64,000 nt of DNA from Raillietiella orientalis (GCA_036172245.1 JAYWIR010000004.1:1922001-1986000); one strand, 5' to 3'. Numbered from the stretch's first letter, positions 1 to 12,892 are shown. Notes: generated by a model not told the origin, from the letters alone. Made by a program: numbers and translations.

Positions 1-1052
1 CTCGGCAGTCCAAGGTGCGCCTCTTTCTCTTTGACAAAAATCAACGTAAGTCGCTCCCTCCATCCTCTCATCTCCTTCTTCGTTCAGAAGGAGTCTCCGT
101 AAGAGTCTCCAAGAATCACTGCTTGCCTTTAGCTCTTGCACCAATTGCTGACCACTTGTTTTGGCTTCGGTCAAAATTGCGTGTGGTGCCCATCCCTGAT
201 GTCGCATTAGTACACTTATGCTTGTATATCTTTCCTTCTTCTCTCGCTTTTATTTTCTTCTCTGCAACTTGATCCTCACGGCGCAGCCCTCGGGCACAAG
301 AACACGCGCAGATCATTTTCTTCGGGGGCGCATCCGCTTGCAAAGTGAGCAGCCGTCACGCGTTCAAGTGTGCCACCTACACGGACGATAACAGAGGATC
401 CTCAAGCGTCGATCTGCAGTACTCGCGCGTGAACTGACACGCGGCACGTATTCCCGAAGCCACCGCCTGGACTCACGCCTCGCACACATCGCAAGCAGGT
501 GAGCGTGCACGCGCTGAGAGGTGCACGCGTAATGTCCTCTGGTGCACACGCGGGGGTGGACGGCTGCTGCAACGCACAGGAGGTGAGCAGGCAGGCACGA
601 AAGAAGGAACGAGCAGGCGATGGATCTTCGACAGGCATCTTCCCCTCTGCTGCCTGCTCGGAAGGAGGGGATCTGGCTAGATGCTGCCGCTTCGTGCAGG
701 ACTCTTCCACTGTCACAGCCAACCGTCCGGATATTGGGGATGCTTCGATCTTGAAATACCTCTGCTTCTCCTTCGCCCACCCTCCCTTCCTCCTCCTCCA
801 GTAGAGAAGGGTCGGCTGCGGAGGTCTCTCCTGGTCATCACAGTCCATCCTATGAGCGTCTTTCCCTTCCTTCTGAAGAATCATTGAGGGAATCTCGTGC
901 GTTAGCACCTGTGAGTCCAGTAGGTCGTGAGGGAGAGCCACCCGCGTGCACCCGCTGGTTCCTCGCCATGTCCCACCCTTACCTCTATCCCTGACCCTCA
1001 GCTCTTGCAAAGACTCACGTATGCGCGCAGGATATCTCTGTTGTGAGGTTCT

Positions 1053-1440
1053 CCATGAAGGGAATTTGCCATTCACTGCAAATGGATGCGTAGGGAAGAG
1101 GCGCAACAGTGCAATAGTGAACTCTGCTCATGTCGAATCGATTACAAAACGCAAAAGTTGCAAATTTGGACCACATCAAGAATCAGTGCGAAGGAAAACA
1201 TTCCCTATGTAATTCCGACACTGGTTACCATGAAAACAACACAGAGTCCAAAGTGCCCCGCCCTAATGAAGTTTGGGACTCTTCTTAATGTCACTCTGAA
1301 TCCTGGAAATTGGAATGCTGAGCGGCTTTCCATGACGGGAATTTGCCATTTACTGCAAATGGATGCGTCGGGAAGAGGCGGAACAGTGCAATGGTGAAAT
1401 CTGCTGATTGCAAATTGATTACAAAACACAAAAAGTTGCA
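1053..1440. repeat. Diverged direct repeat, two copies of about 110 bp (1053-1162 and 1330-1440)
   Basis: CCATGAAGGGAATTTGCCATTCACTGCAAATGGATGCGTAGGGAAGAGGCG...GATTACAAAACGCAAAAGTTGCA versus CCATGACGGGAATTTGCCATTTACTGCAAATGGATGCGTCGGGAAGAGGCG...GATTACAAAACACAAAAAGTTGCA. Confidence 0.9.
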
Positions 1441-2399
1441 GCTGCAATGTTCACAGCCTGGGAACCACGGTCTCCTTATCAGAAGGCAGTAGCAGTCCCT
1501 TAAGCGCTCTCATTGAGCAGCCTCTCTGCAAGCCAGGGACTTGACCTCAGACCGACAGACTCCAGGATCTGGACCATCATCCTTACGTCGCCTACTCGAG
1601 GCATTCCTCCTATCGTCACGCAATCGGAGGGAGGAGGACATCCGAATTACTTCCTGGAAGAGGGGACAGAGGGAATGCTCCCCCTTCCCCTAATGCTGTG
1701 CGCCCCCGTGAGGCAGCCTGGCAGGGGCCTCCAGGGTGGGTCACTGTGCCGCTGAGTTGCGAAGCAGAAGGGGGAGCCAGGGAGGGAGGCAGTCCGCGAT
1801 CTTGTGAGTTCCTCTGGAACTCACAGATTCCTCTCCCGACCCTGAGTTGCAAACTTCCAGCTCCTCTGCGTTCTTCTTCGGACAGCTGTCCTCTAGGGAA
1901 CTCTCCGGGGCACCTCTACGTAGGGAAGGAGTCATCGCGAGCATCCGCGTCCCCACGCGCAACCTTCCTCCTGTTGCCTCGAAATTCCCTGCAAGCCCCC
2001 TTCTCTCGAGCCTCTAGGCAGGTACTTTCATCGCCCACCAGAAAAGATGGGGACGGAGAGGAGAGGACCCGTGTTAGCTCGGAAATTCCTTCTTCGCCTT
2101 TCAAGGAAGAGTCTGGGGCGAAGAGAGAGTTCCCGCTGACACGTGAGCAGGCGGCAGTGGCGGGCAGACCGTGTTGAGAAGGGAAGGCCCCCTCAAGCGC
2201 AGGACGAGGTCATGCTCTTCCTGGGGAAGGCGAGCTTCTGCCTTGTTCCCGGGTAAGGACTCAGGTGGAGGTCACCCCAAGGATGTCCTCCCTCAGGGAG
2301 CACTTGGGCAGTAACCAACCGGCCAGATGGTAGGTCCGATGTGAGATCGGTGGAAGAGAGAGGAACGGGCCAGCTCACAGACTCTACGACCACAAGTGC

Positions 2400-3135
2400 C
2401 CCACTGAAAAGACTATTGCGCTGGGATGAGCTGCTGGGAATCCCACAGGAAGACCTCGAGTGGTCCCCAGCACTGAAGAACAGCCGGGTCCTCCACCTTA
2501 AGTGGCAGTAGTCGGCACTTCTGCTGTTGCACTGGGGTCTCCCATACAACTTCCACCGATCTCACTGGACCCGAACTGCTGCAGGTGCAGGGAATGGGAA
2601 TCCCTCCCGCACCTGCTCGTGAACTGCATTGCCCTTCGGTGGTTGCGTTACGCAACGGCCCTTGGTGCACCGACGAACAATCCCAAACACGTGATGAAGT
2701 GCCTCTTTGTGAGCAATGTCCTTTCGTCTGCCACATCCCTAGCAGCTCTTTTCTGTCTACGAGGGATTGTGGAGTCCCGGAACTACGCGGGAGGAGGACG
2801 GCGCTATAGAGACGCCATCTGCTTCGGTCTGCCCTTCCTGCGGACGGCAGCAAGATGGTCCAACCTGGGGCATACTCAGATAGAACTTGCTGGCATCCTG
2901 GAAGGATACAGAGGACCGCCCAGTTCTTGGTGATCCCTTCCCTAACCCTCTGAATTTTTTTGCATATATTTTTCTTGTTTTATTTATGTTTGTTTGTTCC
3001 CCCCCCCCCTCCCCTTCGCTGTTGAGGCGAACCCAGCCAGCCTGTGTGCCGGTTACTCGGCAGGTTCCGAGCATTTTCGTACGATATAGGGCCGAAGGCC
3101 CTACACATGTATGTTTATTATTTTTTATAATAAAC
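2400..3135 (+). mobile_element. Decayed non-LTR retrotransposon (L1/Tx1-like) ORF2 C-terminus and 3' UTR
   Basis: Frame from 2419 reads RWDELLGIPQEDLEW...LKWQ*SALLLLHWGLPYN (in-frame TAG 2509-2511); after a frameshift DPNCCRCREWESLPHLLVNC (C-x2-C...E-S-x2-H...C knuckle) and later GIVESRN, the motif order of the zf-RVT region. Followed by a T-rich tail, hairpin TAGGGCC-GAA-GGCCCTA (3087-3103) and AATAAA near 3129. Confidence 0.6.
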
Positions 3136-3719
3136 GTCCCAGCGTGACCGGGTGATAAACCAAGGATGCCGGTCTCCGCGACTCCTCGTCGTAACGCGAC
3201 AACTTGCCTTCCTTGACCAGGAAGGGCGGGTAGAAGTCGTCGTCGTCGCCGCCTCCCTCGCCGCCTCTCCTGAAGAGAGGAGGGAGAGGCAGGCGCTGCC
3301 CCTCGTCCCTGCAGGGCGGGTAGGCAGTGTGCAAGAGGAGGAAGAGGGGAGGGGGGGGGGAAGGGAGGAAATCCTGCTCCTTCTCCTCCTTGCCCTTCTG
3401 GGAACGGGGTGGGAGTCAACCACTCTGATCGGGATGGGATCCTCAGGATCGACGGGACTCTCTCGAGGATTCGAGGAGGGCGGAGGTCGTCTCCCGCCTC
3501 CTCCTCCCCCCTGCCTCCGGGAGCAGGGTCTTCCCGCCGGCGAGAGCACGGCAGCGGCCTCCGAGGACGCGCGACTGGCTGACGGGTGGCGTCGGGGAGT
3601 CCCGAACGGCAGCAACGTGCGCCGTTTCCCTGCTTCCCCCCTCCTCAGAGCGCGCGAGTACCACCGCCGCCGCCTCCCGCCCCTTCGAGGACGGGAAGGG
3701 GGAAGAGGAGCCCGGCAGG

Positions 3720-3755
3720 TATATTGACGGGAGGAGGGAGGGAGGCTGGCAGTAC
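3720..3755 (+). promoter_or_regulatory. Possible core promoter of the scratchB gene (TATA-like + Inr-like)
   Basis: TATATT at 3720 lies 31 nt before the A of GCAGTA (3751), about 100 nt upstream of the ATG. Both are imperfect matches. Confidence 0.3.
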
Positions 3756-3847
3756 CTCGGGACGTTCCCGCCGCGCGAGGAGCTCTCCCGGAACCCGTTC
3801 CCGAATCGCCTGCATGCCTCACTGGGAGACGTCTGCAGCAGCCCACG

Positions 3848-6231
3848 ATGCCCGGAGCCTTCGTTATCCTCCAGAAACGGAGTTGCCTGCACGCGGCGGC
3901 AGCGCTGGAAGCTACCCGTGAGTTGACCCTTCCCCCTCCCCCCCCCACGATGGATCCAACCCAGACCTACCCCTCTCCTCAAGAAGGGGTTCTTGCAGAG
4001 GGAGCGAAGGGAGGAGCGGGAGTAGGGAACCTCTGGGGTGGCCTCTGCCCAGGCGTTCTACCCTCAAAACGGACAGAGCCGCCTGAAGGGGGGAGAAAGA
4101 GGAGAGCCGAGTGCTCCTCCCGTGGGCTTTTCCGACTCCCTTCGATCGTCCCCCAGGAGCACCGGTTTCTCCGGGAGCGCTTCAGCGGCCGCCGTCTCCG
4201 TGAAGGGGACCCCACTTCCCTCTTGAGCTCTGCTCCTTCCCCTCTCCCTCCAGCCCTTGGCCTCTCTGGACTCCCGAGGAGTCTGCCCGCCGAGGGTCTG
4301 CCTGGGGAGAGGCCCCAGCTTGAAGCTGTGCTGAAGGGTTCCGTGCCAAGGGACCCTGGGTAGGGTAGGGGTAGGATACGGGAAAACGGGACGACCCCAC
4401 CGGAAGAGAAGGGGCGGAGAGAGTCCGAGGACCCTCCTCTGGGAGGTTGGGGGGCCGTGACGGAGGAGCTGAAGTCGTGTCCCGAACGGACAGCGTCCCA
4501 CTGGGAGGGCAGGAGCTCCGTCCTCTCGGGAACGAGGAGGAGGGAGGGGAGGGGAGACTCGTCGCCGGTAGCTCTCCCCCCTCCCGCCACTCCCTGCACC
4601 GCAGCGCGCCACAGGACAGCGTGCCGCGGTTCTCCTGCCTCCTCTCCTGGGCGGATGCGACTTCCGCCCAGGAGGCGGCGCTTGCTCCCATGTGGCTTCC
4701 CGCGCAGGTCGTCCCTCCCGCCGTAATTGGGACTCTCGGGAAACCGGGGAAGAACGGCTTCCCGGGGAGCGCCGCGTCCGCAGGCACCCGACCGGAAAAA
4801 GGGGAGTCCCCGAGGAGCGCTCCCTCGCGGGAGCGACGATCTCCCGAGGCCGTCCCGGCGGCGGCGTCCTTCAGGCGAGGCCGCAGCCGCTGCTGGGACG
4901 CCGTTCGCTCCGAGAAGGGGGAGGGAGCAATTATGGCGCCCTCCCATGCCTGGAGGGGTGCATAGGGGATACACATCCTGGAGGATGATCCTGCTTGCTG
5001 AAAAGGGAAGGTTCGGCAACGCACGCGCGACATCCCTCGGGAGGGGAGGCACCCTTTCTTTCCCTCCCTGCAACACGCCCCACTCTGCATTGCAGATCCG
5101 GAGAAGCAGACTGACCTGGAGACGTGGTATGAGCCCCTCCGCCGAGGACACAGAGCGGCGGCGACGTTGGACGAGCAGGCGCCCCCGGCCATTCAAGCCC
5201 CTCCTTCCCTCGGAGCCGAGTGCCCTCCGGAGGGGCCGCTGAACCTGACCAAGCCCAGGCCCAGCGAGGAGGACTCACGAGACAGCTCCGTCTTCCAGAC
5301 CCCTCCCGCGACCCCTCCCCGTGGAGGAGGGCGCACTCCTGCAACGCCCCAGGGAGGACGGGGGGAGGAGGAGGGAGAGGAGCTGCCCCTGGACCTGCAC
5401 CGGGCAGCGGCGCGCCACCCGGAGCACCACGGCTGTCCAGAGTGCGGCAAGCGCTACAGCACATCCAGCAACCTGGCGCGGCATCGCCAGACCCACCGGT
5501 CGCCCGCGGACAGGAAGGCGCGCCACTGCCCCCACTGCGGGAAGCTGTACGTCTCCATGCCGGCGTTTGCCATGCACGTGCGCACGCACAGCCAGGGCTG
5601 CCAGTGCCCCCACTGTGGGAAGCGCTTCTCGCGCCCGTGGCTGCTCCAGGGTCACATCCGCACGCACACGGGCGAGCGGCCCTTCAAGTGCCCCGTCTGC
5701 GCAAAGGTGAGAGGGACGGCAGGAATTGCGCGCGACCCTGCCTCTTCATCCGCGAAGGGACGTCTTCCCGCTGCTGCTCTTCCTCCCTCCCTTCCTCCTC
5801 CTCTTCTTCTCTTTCTCCTGTTCCTTCCTTCTTTCTCCGCACTTGAGGGTCGGACGCACGGAAAGACCGCACCTCGCTGCTGCCCCCTCTGGAGCGCCTT
5901 TCTTCTTCTTCTGCTTCCCACTCCCTCCCCTCCCTTTTTCTGTTTTGCGGGGACTCATATCCTACACCTCTCCGTCTTCTCGGCGGGAGGCAGGGCCGTT
6001 TCCTTGTCTCCATGACCCACTCCCTTTCTGCGCTTCCAGGCGTTCGCCGACAAGTCCAACCTGCGCGCCCACATCCAGACGCACTCCACCACCAAGCCGT
6101 TCGTCTGCGGCCGCTGCGGCAAGGCCTTCGCCCTCAAGTCGTACCTGTACAAGCACGAGGAATCCTCCTGCATGCGAGTCCAGAGGCAGGACGCCGCCGC
6201 CGCCGCCGCCGCTGCTGGCGCCACACCGTGA
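3848..6231 (+). CDS. scrt: Snail-superfamily C2H2 zinc-finger transcription factor, scratchB / Kahuli (Drosophila CG17181)-like; 3 exons, about 290 aa
   Basis: Exons 3848-3917 ([11 protein letters not shown]..., donor C|GTGAGT, phase 1), 5096-5706 (acceptor TTGCAG, donor AAG|GTGAGA) and 6040-6231 (acceptor TTCCAG, stop TGA). Five fingers: [106 protein letters not shown], which from recall match the scratchB/Kahuli type. Exons 2-3 are secure; exon 1 is inferred from the SNAG-like start and phase match. Confidence 0.93.
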
Positions 6232-6773
6232 TACCGGACGCTTCCCTGCTGACACTTCCTCACCCTCGGGCGCGCCGCCGACGCATCGCCTCCTCCTCTT
6301 CCCTTCCCCCCCTTCCCTCCCCACCACCGCCTCTCCTGCAGGCCGGCCAGAGGGGAAAGAGAAGAAACGGTGGCGAGAGCAGGAGCAGGAGGAGGGTTCT
6401 GTCCTAACCCTGCATGTCCCCCTCCCGGAAGCAGGACGAGTCCCTCTTCCCCCTCCCTCTCTCCTGCGGCCCCCTCCTTTTATTCGTTTTCCCACACCCA
6501 CCTTTTATTATGTTTCATTTTCTCCCCTTCCCCGAATTGGCTCGTTTTCCTGGAGTGGGAATTCTCCCGATCCCCCCGCTGAAGTCAAGGTCTAGTCCTG
6601 GTTCTCCAACCATCCCCCCCCCCGTTTCCGGCCAGCAGGTCGTCCGACCATCAGGGATATTCCAGATGTGCTCCCTATTTTTGTATTTTTCCACTGTCCA
6701 GAAAAAAAAACTGTATTTTTTATACTGGGGGCGGCTACGGGAGACTTCCCGCTCGCCGACGCGAATGCAAGGT

Positions 6774-6779
6774 AATAAA
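6774..6779 (+). terminator. Candidate polyadenylation signal, scratchB gene
   Basis: First AATAAA after the stop (6231), following U-rich TGTATTTTT tracts. Confidence 0.5.
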
Positions 6780-9700
6780 CGGGAAAAGGGGAAAAAGGAG
6801 GAGGAGGATGGCGGGAGAGGAAGGAAAGAAAGAAGAGGGGGGGAGGGGCGGCAGCGGAAGGAGAGAGCGCGCTCCAGGAGCGGAGGACGCTCTTCCGGCC
6901 GCCGGCTGAACGGGGATCACCGCCCTGCGTGGGGAGCGCGCGCGTCCGGGAATAGAAAGTGCCGCGGGAGCCGGTTGCGTCACTCTGAGTAGATCCGCGC
7001 GCGACTTCCTAATGAGAAGCGCGCCGGGAGCATCTGGGGCGCACGTGTGCGCACTTGTTCCAGTCCCGCGACCCCGCCGGGAACATCCATCCTCTCCTCC
7101 CGACCGCCTCTCCTCGTCGCCGTCGGCAGGCGATGCGCACGCTCCCTGCCGGGAGAGGAGCAAGAGCGGGAGGGGAGCTGCGGTCGCTCAGGTTCCCGGG
7201 ATGGCCCGCGTGCGCTTCCTTCCGCCCCGACTGGCGCAGCGGAAGCCTCCCAGGCGGGAGGTTCCCGTGGGGAGATCCCGTGACCCTTCCCGTTCGCCGG
7301 TCCAGAAAGAGCGGGGGAGAGAGAGAGCGCCTCCGCAGGCCCTCGTCGGACAGCTTCCTCCGGGAATCCTCCCCCCCGCACCGCCATCACCACACTCTTT
7401 GTGCTTCTCTCGCTCCCAGAACCTCTGAGCGTCCGCGAGTGGCCCCAGCCCGCTTCCCCGGGACCATCCCGCCGCTCCACCCTCACTCCCTTGCTTCCGG
7501 TGACCCCGCCTAGGCACATCGACGGCACCACCGTTCCGAGCGCCAGGAGGACGCGCGACGGGCCCCGGAAGGGAGAAGTTCCGATCCGTCCCTGCCCGGA
7601 GCACTGCCCCTTATACCTCCTCCTTGGAGCTGCCTCGAGCGAGAGGGACACACGGGGACGCAGGGCGCTCTTCGCCTGGGGCAGGCAGGTGCGGAGATCG
7701 GCGGGTTGCCGTCAGATCTGCGTCCCGCGTCTGCGGAGGTCACAAGGTGCGCGCCCACGTGGACGGCGACCGAGCTGCTGTGCAGTGCAGCCGCCCCACA
7801 CGCTCCGTTCCGGCACGCGTCGTCGTCGCTCCGCGAGGGGCGGCGCGTAGTGGTGGGGCGCGCTGCAGGAGCCTCCTCGTGGGCGTCCCCGCCCAGCTCG
7901 CCGCTTGCACGTGGATCTCCATCCCACCCGCCCCCACCCTCGACACGCTGCTCCCGTCAATATGCCCCCGGTGAACACGCAGGAACATCGGCAGACCATC
8001 GGGCACTTCGCCCGAGGCAGGTCCACCCTTCACCTGGGGGGCCATCAGTCCGCTCACACCACCATCGCCCCCACGCTGGTCGCCTCAGCGCAGATTTCTC
8101 TGCCCTGGCCAAGGATGGGGGCTAAACGGCGCCATCGTGGGAGACCCCCCTCCTGCTCCTAGAAGGAGGACTCGGGAATCCGGCTTCTTCGACCTTGTCG
8201 CGCGCACTCACGACCTCTCCTCATCTTGCCCTTTCCGTACGCACATAGACCGCTCGCTCAGGTCGCCACCTTCAGTGAAGGAGTCTGCCCTGCCTTCGGG
8301 GCAGGCACGCCCGGGGATAGCCTGCGGCAACACCCAAGGGAGTTCGAAGGAGAGGGCACCGCTCCCGGGGGTGGAGTGGAAGCAGAGAGTGCAGCAGCCC
8401 ACGGGAGGAGGTCACATGCTCCGCTCCACGTGCCCGCTCTACCTCGTGCAAAACCTGCCTCGTGTCACCAGCAGGGGTGCGTGCGAACCGGAAGGGGGAG
8501 AGGAAAGAAGAAGGGCGTCGACCCCCCCCCTGCTGCCTCCCCATGAGCCTGCTCACGGGGGATGAAGGGGAGGGGAGGGATGTCCTAGCAACAGCAGTGG
8601 GAAGAGGACGATCGGGTGGTTCCGCCGTTCCTATCTGCCACCTGCCGGGAGGAGCGGAAGTCTCGCCCTCGCCGAGCGGAAAAGGTAGTCCAGCGGCCTC
8701 GGTCGGCGGCCGGTGACCTTGGAACCGCGCGCAGGAGGCACCGGGAAGGGCGACCATTCCAGGGAGACGGCGCACCCGCTTCGAGGGAACGAACACTTTC
8801 TCCCAGCGGCAACGGATCTCCCTGGGGGGATCGCTCGCTACTGTTCCTCCCGGAGGACGGATTCCGGCAAACCACGTCTTTGGTCTTGAGTTCCCGAAAT
8901 CTTCCCGACCGACAGTGCTCTCCCGATCTTCCGCGTCGCACGCGGAAAAACCTTGAGTCATGAAACCGAAATCCCTCCCTCTTTCGCCCAGGGAGGGTAG
9001 GAAGAGAACAGGAGGAACAGCAGAGACGCAGGAATCATCCGCCCTCCCTAGTTCTACGGGGAGATCCCTGCCGGATCGCCGGTCTTTTCGGTAGCCTCCA
9101 GGGGGAGAGGGAAAACGACCTTGTGATCTCAGTGAACCATGGGAGTTTCGGGTGCTGACCTCCTCCTCCGCGACAGGGAACGACCCTCTTCCCCGCTTCC
9201 TCGACGTTCAGGAGGCGCCTCTGAGGAAGGGGAAACTTTCCAGGCTGGCCATTCCTGCCACGAGGGAGCAGGAAGCACCAGGATCAGATTCCTTCTCTCC
9301 CGTGGCATGACGGAAACGCTGGAGGACAAGAAGAGCTTGGCAGGGGTGACCGAGATCCTCAGAAAGCGGAAGCAGACTACTAGGAGACGAGAGGGAGAGG
9401 TTGCCCTCCGCACCGCTTGCCCACTCGCAGGTGTGGTTCTCCTCGCCTGCGGGCATCCATCCTTCCTTCCCCCCGCAACTGCGCTAAAAGTGTCCCTCGA
9501 GATTCTACGAGTGAGTTTCCTCCGAACGATCCAGGAGCCGCCGTCCTCCGCTGCCCGGCCACTGCAGCCCCTGGTGGAGGGCTGAAAGGAGGATTCCGGC
9601 AATCGGCTGCCCAGGACGGGCTGGACAGGTCTCGGGGGAAGGGAGAAGGCCGAACAACAGCGAAGGGGAAGCGGTACGCGCTCCGGCAAGCCTGGAGCGC

Positions 9701-12700
9701 GTACCGCGAGCGAGGGGTCTCGAGGGTCTCCTCCGGGAGGAAGAGGCGATAGCACGGTTACTGCCGGAAGCAGACCAGGGCGCCCGTCCTCCACTTTCAG
9801 CCCCGCAGCGAGAGGACGGGGGCCGGCTCGGAAAGCAAGCGAGACGCCGAGGGAATGAGCGTGCAGCATTTTCCCTGGACCAGGGCGGCGTTTCTTTCCA
9901 CAAAAAGAGGCAGAAGGGGGAAAGGAAAGGCATTGGGTTTTGGGGCGGCAGTTGGATAGACACCGGGAGGGGCAGGTGAAATCCCCGAAAGGATTTCGAG
10001 GAGTCGGGGATCGTAGGTGATGCGGCCGCTCTTGGATGCGAAGACGCGCGTTTTCCTCCCCCTTTTCTCCCCCATCCCCCCCCTCCAGCCTCTTTCCCGA
10101 ATGAGAAAGGGGAGGGGAAGGGTGGGATCGACTGTCGAAAAAGGGTGAAGGGGCGGACCATCCTGTGCTCGTTGACGAGACGGGAGAAAAGGGATTTCGA
10201 CGTGACCTGCCCCAGCATCCCAGCATCCTTCGAGAGACATCTTCGTCTGTCCGCCCGTTGCTCCTGGAGCAGCTTCAGTCCCGAAAGTTCGGAGCCCCCA
10301 TGGATGCGGGAAGGACTGCCTGCTGCCCAGCGCGGCCCGCGTCCACCCGAACCCTCCCGTCCGGATCGCCGGAAGCGCACCGTGGCGGGAAGACGGCCGA
10401 CCCCCTCTCGAGCCCAAAGAAGGTGCTCCCGCACTCTCGACCTGCAAGCGACCCGCCATCCCTCACCGCGCCACGAAGGCCGCTGGGACCACCTCGTCCA
10501 TCCCCAGCCGGAGCAGGGGCTTCTACGAAGGAAGAGGACGGCACGTCCCCCCTGGACGCAAAGGAGAGAAGACCGAAGCGTCGGGAAAGCGTCGTCCCTC
10601 TAGCCTGCGCCGCCTCCCTCAGGTTCCAGACCGCCTCCCAGGAAGACGCAAGGGCAGGAAGGGTTCAGCAGATCAGCCAGATGGCTTGGCTTGCTGTTCT
10701 GAGGACTCCCTCGGGGGCAGCAGACGCTGGCAGCTCCTAACTTTCCTTCTGGGCGTGCTGCGGAGAAGGACCGGGCAGCCTTACTGCTTCAGGAAGAGAA
10801 AGAGCGCCGCTTGCCCCCCTTCACGAACTTGCGATGGCGTCCCCCTTTTCCTCTTACTGTGACCCCAAGAGCACGCACTCTAAGCACTTCACTTTCCCAG
10901 GCATCCTTTCTCTCGGTGTTCTTCTCCCTGAGCTGCCCCATCTCCCAGCTGGCCGCTTCTTTTTTTTCTTAGAAAGGGGGGACAAGGGGGATTCTCCCCC
11001 TGGGAGATCCCATCCTACTCGGAGGAGGAGGAGGGGGCAACTACGAGCGGCGCTGCCCTTGGCAGCTTCTGCGGGGTCCGCTTGTTGGACCGCCGCGAAG
11101 GCGTCTCTGCCGTAAGAGGGGAAAACAGGAGGGAAGGGGGTAAGAGGGAGAGGCCAGAGCTCAGGGAGGACGGATTCCCTCTCGCGCGCGCGAGAGTCCC
11201 ACCGCCGTGAAGTCAGAATTTCACCGGACTGAAGCGGCCAGGGACGCCACAACTGAGGGGTGCGTGCGTACTCCCGAGAAGCTGTGCCCTACCCATCAGC
11301 CGGCGTCAAGGGCTCTCGGCATGGGAATGATATCCCCGTACGCTCCACTCCTTCCTTCTCCCCTCTCAATGAAGAAAAAAAGGGGGGGGGGGGATGAAAA
11401 AAAGAGGTAAAAAAGATGAAAAAGAGGCCCCCCTGCTGATCCCACGTGTGCTGGCCGAAAACCGGAAGCAGCCCATTGGGGGGTTCTTCCGCTGGGGGGA
11501 GGGGAGTGTGCTGCTGGGCCCTTCTTGGGGAGTCGAGTCCTCCCCAACTCTGCGGGTTCTCCAGACGGGAGACGGATGAGTCCCCCTTTTTCCGTGGGTC
11601 CCTGCGTTCGGCACGCGGCAGTGAGACCCGCGCTGGGAGACGGAGATCCCGGGTAGCAGGCAGCAGCAGCAGCAGCATCCCCGTCCTCCCCAGCGGCAGC
11701 CTCTCAGCGTCTTCCCGCTTTGTCCGGGATCCCACAGGGTGGCGTGGAAGGACCGGGCGAAGAAGGAAACAGGAAGGCATTGCCGGCAGGGAGGCGGCGA
11801 CCGAGGAGGGAGGGAGGGAAATAAAAGGGGGGCTCGCGCACACTCGGTTCTCAGACCCGGCAAGCGGGAGGAGCGCCGCCGCCATCTTGGAATCGTCGGA
11901 GCCGCCCGGAAGAGCGCGCACGCCTCGCTTCCTTCCGCCAGCGAAGGACGAAAAAGCCTTGAGGGCTGGGAGCTCTGCCCTCCCCTCGTCCCCTCCTTCC
12001 CCCCCCCCTCGCTTTCCCCAAAGGAGGCGCGCAGGCGCGTGGACGGTGCCTCTCCCGCTCGACCGGCGGCTTCCGCCGGGATCCGCCGTGGGAAGCGGAA
12101 CGAAGCGAAAAAACCCGCGACTTCCCCCCGAGGCTTCCGGTCCGTGGAGGAGGAGGAGAAGGGGAGGAGGCGTGCATCCCCTACCGTTCCTTCCTCCCTG
12201 CTCCCGCGACCCGAAATGCGCCACCGCCTTCCCTCCCAGCCGAGATCCCTTTTAGACACTTGTTTCCCTCTTCCTCCCATCGGGATGATGTTTATATTTG
12301 GAATGGGGGGATGCTCTTTTGGCGTCCTCGCAGATCCTCTCTCTCCCTCCCTCCCTCCCCCCTGGGGCTCTGGGAGCAACGGGAGGCCCGCAAAGCGTGA
12401 GCAGGCTCCTTGAGAGAGACAGCGGCCTCCGCTTCCGCTCCTCACGCGACGGCTACCACGGAAACCTCCGCGTCCCGGAAACTCCTCCGGATCCGGAGGG
12501 ATGGGACGGCGGGATCCCAGTTGGTTCGCAACCCGGATGAGAATGAGGGAGCGAGGGGAAAGGACGGGGGTGGGAAGAAAACGCCTGCTCACCTGCGCGC
12601 ACGCACGATCCACTTCACCCTGCTGCCTGTCGGCAGACCGCCAGCTTCGTTCGAGCGTCGACCGACAGCCCCGGAGGTGTCGACCACGGCCGCACGCGGA

Positions 12701-12892
12701 CGGGAGAACCGGAAAAAAGAAAAACACACGTCTGTGTGCGTGCGTGCGTGTGCGTGCATACATGTAAAAGTACATATATATTTAAAATACACACACACAC
12801 ACTTGCGAATGGCTCCCCCTCCTTCCCTCCTGTCCGTTCCAGCGTAGATGCAACCGATCATCTCAAAGATTCTGTTTGCTTGTTTTGTTCCT

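Noticed and set aside
360..800. Possible RT relic (YTDD near 378, KYLC near 754)
   Set aside because: Motifs are degenerate, separated by stops and spaced much further apart than YADD and KYLG in real RTs.
3020..3105. Hammerhead/HDV ribozyme in the LINE 3' UTR
   Set aside because: CTGTTGAG is not CUGANGA and no GAAA or stem arrangement completes a core; only a simple hairpin is supported.
7620..8060. Cys-rich minus-strand fragments (CPMVCRCSC, GRLHCT) resembling ADAM/LRR caps
   Set aside because: Fragments lie in different frames, with no splice signals or full cysteine pattern.
7680..12600. CAGGTG/CACCTG E-boxes downstream of scratchB as autoregulatory sites
   Set aside because: About six hits in 5 kb of GC-rich DNA; enrichment cannot be shown without a background calculation.
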